DNA from: Octopus vulgaris
Taxonomy: Eukaryota
Assembly: GCA_951406725.2 (NCBI GenBank)
Contig: OX597827.1
Coordinates: 33,356,001-33,420,000 of the forward strand
Length of the DNA stretch: 64,000 nucleotides
Direction of reading: 5' to 3'
Of the stretch, positions 56,790 through 64,000 are shown one piece after another. The notes below the pieces were generated by a model. The model saw nothing but the letters and a program-made list of their open reading frames with translations. It was not told the origin of the DNA and made no database searches. Position 1 is the stretch's first letter, and each line of letters starts with the position of its first letter. Both the position numbers and the translations under genes were made by a program.

Positions 56790-57973
56790 AACATATGTAC
56801 AAACATATATCCAAACATGTATATACAAACATATATATATACAAACATATACATACAAACATATACATACAAACATATATATACAAACATATATATACAA
56901 ACATATATGTATATACAAATATAAATATAAACATATACATACAAACATATAAAAACATATACATACAAACATATATACAAGTATATATACAAACATACAT
57001 GTACAAATATATATACAAACATATATATACAAATATATATACAAACATATATAAAACATATATATAAAAATACACTTACAAACATATATAGAAATACATA
57101 TAGAAATATATATACAAACATATATATACATAAATATATATGCAAACATATATACAAACATATACATATACAAATATATATACAAACATATATATACAAA
57201 CATACATATACAAATATATACAAACATATATATACAAACATATACATACAAACATATATACAAACATATATAGAAACATATATCCAAACATGTATATACA
57301 AACATGTATATACAAACATATATATACAAACATATATATACAAACATATATACAAACATATATACAAACATATATCCAAACATGTATATACAAACATTTA
57401 TATACAAACATATATATACAAACATATATATACAAACATATATATACAAACATATATATACAAACATATATACAAACATATATATACAAACATACATATA
57501 CAAATATATATACAAACATATATATACATACAAATATATATACAAACATATATATATATACAAACATATATATATATACAAACATACATACAAACATAGA
57601 TATACAAATATATATACAAACATATATACAAACATATATATACAAACACATATATACAAATATATATACAAACATATATATACAAATATATATACAAACA
57701 TATATATATACAAACATATACATACAAATATATACAAACATACATATACAAATATATATATACAAACATACATATACAAATATATATACAAACATATATA
57801 CATATATATACAAATATATACACAAATATATATATACAAACATATATACAAACATATATATATATATATACAAGCATACATATACAAACATATATATACA
57901 AACATATGCATACAAACATATATATATATATACAAATATATATACAAACATACATATATACAAATATATATAC
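55962..57973. repeat. 2-kb minisatellite, unit about (ATAT)nACAAAC of 10-14 bp
   Basis: Recurring tacaaacatatata and tacaaatatata units. Confidence 0.95.
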
Positions 57974-58199
57974 AATGCATGGGATAAGGCCTAAACAAAC
58001 ACATTATCGATTATTGAACTGAATTTCGGAACAGAAATAGCGCAGTTCAATTTTCATTCGCCTAAACTTTAAGTGACCCATTTTTTGTGGTTCTACGATT
58101 TGTTGGCTAGAAGATGTGCCGGGAAGTTAAACACACAGACTCACACACAGATACACACACATACACACAAGTTGAGTTTTATATATATATAGATATACA

Positions 58200-58681
58200 T
58201 ATGAGACTTCAATCTGCCCAACGTCAGATGGCCCGAGGGCCTTTCTCTCCCAGGAATGACACGATGCGAACGAGGACAGGCGAGGTCCCCCCTGAACCTC
58301 ATCAACACTCCGTACATGGAGCAAATAATAACCCAACCAACCAGGGCATGTAACACACTGGATACCCGCCTCACAAACAATATGGACCCCATCCATAATG
58401 TGAAAGCGACACCGACGCCACTCTCGGACCACAACATGGCAGAGCTGACCATGCACGGGCCAAAGGAAAGCATGGACATACAGCCTACAAGAAACTAATC
58501 AGAATCCTTCCAGCTTGAACCGCCACAAAGCAAACTAGAAACAAATTGTGAAAGAGATCCTGAAGCAAAACTGTCCCCACCAGACATCGACATGAAACTC
58601 CAACAATTCATGTCCGTAATGCAAGCCATATGCCACAAATATGTCCCAGAGAGAAAGGCCACTATACACAAGAACAAAATC
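58200..58681 (+). mobile_element. Internal CR1-like LINE fragment (endonuclease C-terminus) fused to the Gypsy-derived duplication
   Basis: MEQIITQPTRACNTLD...LSDHNMAEL matches 48860-49000. Confidence 0.75.
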
Positions 58682-59531
58682 CCAGCTGCGGAGGTGACGG
58701 GGCGGCGGACCTTCTCGGATTAGACTTTCATTGGAACGGCTTGTTGCCAGGCATTCCGATAGGCAGTGACGTCTATAAAGCAAAGCAGGGGCTAGAGACA
58801 AAAAAAGGATCAACGAATAAAATTGTAATTGCTAGTGGAAGGAGGATTCTCGAATTCGCGAACATTACAGTTTACACTGACATACAGTAGACACAGTTCT
58901 GTTTCTTTAATCACCATTTCTTTACTTCAGAATCAAAAACGAGGTCGAAAACAACATTTGAACCACACATACATAAAAGGAGATTTCAGCAATATCTTCT
59001 CCTTATGTGACATTGGATATTATCATGTAACCACTAGTCATATTCATAATGTAAACATATCTTCAGTAAATGTGTAACAGGAAATCACTATGTCCTGTGG
59101 TTCACAGTAGAATAACTACATGTTGCCTTCCTTGCTTTCATTTCTCCTATTGTAGTAGGGAATGAAGCATGATTGAATATTTGTTACTAATATAATAAGA
59201 TGTCTTCTACTTCACGAAACGAAAAAGACTTATTAGGAAAGATAAGACTAAAGTACAGAGATGGAGGCGACAAGGTGAATAACGAGTAGCAGATATAAGA
59301 CAAACAAGGTGGACATATGTCGAAGTAAATGTGTACGAAACAGAAAGAAGACAAAAAGAGAACTAACTCTATAGCCCTAACCCTAAACCAAACACACATA
59401 CAAACACATAGATATACACGCACTACACACGAGCGCACATATACAGCGCCTAACATACAGACGTACACGCATACACACACCTTCATGCAAACACTATACA
59501 CACACATGCAGATAAATACATACTTACAAAC

Positions 59532-59562
<31 letters not shown>

Positions 59563-62500
59563 CATACATACATACATACATACATACAAACATAAATACA
59601 TACATACATATATATATATATGGAGAGAGATAGAGAGATTCACACACATAAGTGTTTGTGTGTGTTTAAAGAAAGATATATGAGTTAGTTGTATTTGGTC
59701 AGACTATATATTCCAAGTTCAATTTCCTTCTGAGTCGACTTCACTTCCATACCTTTCGGTTCATACATTATACCTGCCAAATTTAAGACACATTTACAAT
59801 ATTTCAAGGCAAAAGTCTCACTTAAAAATTCAAAAATATAAATCCCATTGTAAGGGAAGGAACACTAACAACTAGCATTAGGGAAAGTAGCAAACACTTC
59901 AAATTGCCTCCCTTACGCAACAAGAAACGCAACTCTTGCCTGGCAATTGTTTAAATATACTCTCCCTTTGAAAATAATGGACATAATTATAAACTACTCT
60001 ATACCCAATTTTTGTGGAGCCGTACTCCATCGCAAGGATTAAAAGGGTATTAATTGGGTTAAGAATCTACCCTTCTCTGATGGATATATTGAATCGTTTC
60101 CTTTCTACACAACAGAACTTAATAGTATAGGTTGTTTTCCCTTTCTCCAATCGATGTCAATACGAAGTAGATAACCTCGGTTCAAGATGATTCCATCGAG
60201 ATGACTATATTCACACACCTTTCCCCAATTCTGGAGAAGTGGGGAGGAAAAACATGAGGGTGGAACACACTTCCTTGGAAAGAAAAACTTTGTCAATCGT
60301 CGTGCACTTTGCAGATGATGGAGTAGTCCCTGATATGCGTAGGGTCAGAGCACTGATGATATCTATGGACCTGCTGTGAGTGGCACTCATTTTTATGTTG
60401 ACCAATTTACGTTGACGCTGGTCCTGGCACTGTTTCGATAGACTTGGTTCAGCCAGGCGCGACTGGTATCCAGTGTCTGCCATAGCGTTGTGACGAATAA
60501 CTTGAGTCGGCCGTGAAAGGGGAGTGGCGAAACCTGATGCCTTCCTGGCAAGTGTGTAGTCTTAAACGAAGGCAGTGACGAAAGAATGGGGGCGGAAGAA
60601 CCTTTTCCTCAGGAATCGCACGGTTCATTATATACATAGTGATCAAGAATTAATGCTTGGGTAGAGGATTCGTTAGGGAGGTCGACCAGAAGCCATAGGC
60701 TGTTGAATATTGCAGAAGTGTGGTCTTCCGTGTCGGCTGCAATGATTTGAAACCTGCCGTTGAAACGGAGTTATCGGCGGAAGACACTCTCATGATTATA
60801 CAGGATGACACACCTAGCGTATTTGTGTTTTCTGCAGTGACTGTAGGGGTTTGCAGTGAGTGTATCACGGAGTTTGTCAGGGTTGTCAGCTCCTAGTTCT
60901 TATATTAACTAGAATCCGCGGTGATTAGGTAGTTCTGGGGCTGAGCGTTGTCCACTTCCTTTTGATCGACGTACTTTGGAGCTCCTTCCAAAGTCATGTC
61001 TAACTTCGAGTCACCCATGGTGTCAAGGCGTATCTCCTCGTCCTCCGACACATTTAGAAGAACATCGCGAACTATGATGTCCAAGAGGCATTCCACTTTG
61101 AGGTTGCACACTGCCATCGACGACATGCAGCCAATATTCTAACAGGTTCGTCCCGATCCAGGCGCATTTGTCCTTCCTGCACACGAACGACCATCACATT
61201 TTCTTCGCAGACAAACATGGACGTAATGTCAGTGAGGGCAGTTTGCTCATCACTTGAGGCCAACGCACCGAACGTCCATGTGAAATCTTTTCTGAGTGTC
61301 CCGTTGCAGCATTCGAGAGGCTGAAAGACTACTTCGTTACATCTAATTCCACTAGCATGTGTATAGTCTGAACATCTCAGCTCAAAGTTAGCCCACTTCT
61401 TGCTAGTTCCAGCTGCGGAGGTGACGGGGCGGCGAACCTTCTCGGATTGGACTTTCATTGGAGCTGCCTGTTGCCAGGCATTCCGATGGGCAGTGATGTC
61501 TACAAAGCAAGGCAAGGGTTAGAAGCAAAAAATGATCAACGAATAAAATTGTAACTGCTAGTGGAAGGAGAATTCTCGAATTCGCGAACATTACGGTATC
61601 GGGTGCCCTGACTGACAGTAGAAACAGTTCTGTTTCCTACTTCTTTAACTACCATTTCGTTTCTTCTGAATCTCACAAACAAGGTCGAAAAAAACATTTC
61701 AACCACACATAAATAACAGGAGGTATCAGAAATATCTTCTCCTTATTCACGAATATGTGTAACAGGAAATTACTATATCCTTGATTAACAGTAGAAGAGC
61801 TACATGTTGCCGTCCTTGCTTACATTTCTCCTATTGTAGTAAGGAATGAGGCATGGTTGAATATTTGTTAACAGGGGACGTGATATATAACAAGAAATCT
61901 TCTACTTCACGAAAGGAACAAGACTTATTAGGAAAGTACAGAAATGGAGGCGACAAGGTGAACGACGAGTAGCAGATATAAGACGAGCAAGGTGACCCTA
62001 TGTCGAAGTAATCGTGTACAAGAAAGAAGACGAAGACACGACGAACCCTATAGCCCTAACACTAAACCTCACGCTAAGACACATACATGCATGCATGCAT
62101 GCATACATACATACATACATACATACATACATACATACAAACATACATACATACATACATACATACATACATACATACATACATACATACACACATACAT
62201 ATAGATACACACGCAATACACACGTGCGCACACGTACAAACGCCCAACACAAACACGTACACGCACACATACACCTTATCGAAAACAATACACTACACAC
62301 ACACATGCAGATATATAGATATATCCACAAACACGTGTGCGTGTATTAAAGAAAAATACATGAGATAATTTTATATTTTGTCAGACTTTATGTTCCGAGT
62401 TCTAATACCGTCTGATTCGGCTTCACCCCCAAACCCTTGGGTCCATACATTATTCCAGCCACATTTCAGATATTTCAAGGCAAAAATATCACTTAAAAAT

Positions 62501-63051
62501 TCAAAAATATAAATTCCTTTGTAAGGGAAGTAACATCTAAGATTTGTGAAAATACCAAGACTTCTTTTCAAGTTACCTCCCTTGCAATCAAGAAAAACAA
62601 CTCTTGCCATGACACGTGTGTAAATATAATCCCCCTTTGAAAACGATGGTCATAATTATAAACATCTTTATACCCAATTAAATGGGTTAAGAACTTGCCC
62701 GTCTCTCATGGATACATTGAATCGTTTCCTTTCTAGACAACACAACGTAATAGTTTTCCCTTTTTCCAATCGATGTCAATATGAAGCAGATAACATCGCT
62801 TCGATATGTTTCCGTCGTGATGCCTACATTTCCACACTTTTCTCCAATTCTGAATAATTGCGGATGAATAACATGAGGGTGGTACACACTTGTTTGGAGT
62901 AAAAAATGTTTGTCAGTTGAAGGAGTGATGTACACAAATTAGCGACTCGTGAACTTCGCACATGACGGAACAGTCCCAGATATTCGTAGGATCAGGGCAC
63001 CGATGATATTAATGGAGCTGCTCTGAGCGGCACTCATTGTTATGTTGACCA
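58682..63051. repeat. Subtelomeric tandem segmental duplication (58682-60404 homologous to 61409-63051; period about 2.65-2.73 kb)
   Basis: Both copies start ccagctgcggaggtgacggggcggcg and end cactcatt.ttatgttgacca; colinear throughout, including a (CATA)n tract; visibly diverged. Confidence 0.9.
60230..61500 (-). mobile_element. Decayed Ty3/Gypsy-type LTR retrotransposon gag and aspartic protease remnant
   Basis: Gag-like EKVRRPVTSAAGTSKKW...QPLECCNGTLRKDFT...EENVMVVRV...MRLDRDEPVR and IVRDVLL...DEEIRLD..GDSKLDMTLE; protease motif MADTG (60469-60483) followed by ID-IISALTLRISG and DKVFLSKEVC; frameshifts and stops. No RT/IN or clear LTR/PBS seen. Confidence 0.75.
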
Positions 63052-63144
63052 CTATGGCCATAAACTTAAACCTCACCCTAACACACATAAATACATACAC
63101 ACATGTACACGCGCGCAATATACATACGCACAAACATACCTGCG

Positions 63145-64000
63145 TGGGGTTGGGGTTGGGGTTGGGGTTGGAGTTGGGGTTAAGGTTAGGGTCATGGTCA
63201 GGGTCAGGGTTTGGGTAGAGTTAGGGTTAGGGTTAGGATTAGGGTTATGGTTAGGGTTTGGGGTTAGGGGTTGGGGTTGGGGTTGGGGTCAGGGATAGGG
63301 TTAGGGTTAGTGTTAGGGTTAAGGTTAGGGTTAGGGTTAGGGTTAGCGTTAGGGTTAGGTTTAGCGTCCGGGTTAGGGTTAGAGTTAGGGTTAGAGTTAG
63401 GCCTAGGGTTAGGGCTAGGGTTAGTGTTAGGGTAAGGCTTAGGGCTACGTTTAGGGCAAGGGAGTAGGGTTAGGGTTAGGGTTTAGGTTTAGGGTTACGG
63501 TTTGTGTTAGGGTCAGGGTTAGGGTTAGGGGTTAGGGTTTGGCTTAGGTTTAGGGTTCGGGTTAGGGGTTAGGGTTAGGTTTAGTGATAGGGTTTGGGTT
63601 AGGGCTAGGGGTTAGGGTAAGGGTTAGGGCTACGTTTAGGGTAAGGGAGTAGGGTTAGGGTTAGGGTATAGGTTTAGGGTTATGGTTGGTGCTAGGGTTA
63701 GGGTTAGGAGTTAGGCTTAGGCTTAGGCTTAGGTTTAGGGTTCGGGTTAGGGGTTAGGCTTAGGCTTAGTGATAGGGTTTGGGTTAGGGCTAGGGGTTAA
63801 GGTTAGGGTTAGAGGGTTAGGGTTAAGGTAAGGGTTAGAGTTAGGGTTAGGGGTTAGGGTTAGAAGTTTTGGTTAGTGTAAGGGTTAGGGTGAGGGTTAG
63901 GATTAGGGTTAAGGTTAGGGTTAGGATCAGCGTTAGGGTTAGGGGTTAGGTTTAGTGATAGGGTTTGGGTTAGTGCTAGGGGTTAGGGTTAGAGGTTTAG
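63145..64000 (+). repeat. Degenerate telomeric (TTAGGG)n array, G-strand pointing to the window end
   Basis: Continuous TTAGGG units mixed with TTGGGG, TCAGGG, TTAGGC, TTAGTG, CTAGGG, TTTAGG variants up to the end of the window. Confidence 0.95.

Noticed and set aside
61600-62000. LTR and primer-binding site for the Gypsy remnant
   Set aside because: No TG...CA bounded repeat or tRNA-complementary PBS could be identified by eye.
63258-63467. VRVR ORF
   Set aside because: Translation of TTAGGG repeats.

Overview
Eukaryotic, AT- and repeat-rich DNA. The SINE families and TTAGGG repeats point to a coleoid cephalopod, most likely Octopus (inference). One host protein-coding gene can be supported: a 4-exon, 167-aa short-form ALG13 (+ strand, 16346-25143) whose terminal exon is present twice (23549-23660 and 25032-25143). 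Bases 1-27 kb are SINE/RTE/MITE-rich. Bases 28-58 kb are dominated by (TA)n-type microsatellites with nested CR1-like LINE, RTE, Helitron and Penelope-like remnants, a 620-bp tandem repeat and several fold-back inverted repeats. The window ends with a ~2.7-kb tandemly duplicated block built on a decayed Ty3/Gypsy gag-protease, then a degenerate (TTAGGG)n array with a ~185-bp higher-order period, probably the proximal edge of a telomere. Almost all long ORFs in the supplied track are microsatellite artefacts. Family assignments come from recalled motifs, not database searches, and repeat boundaries are approximate.
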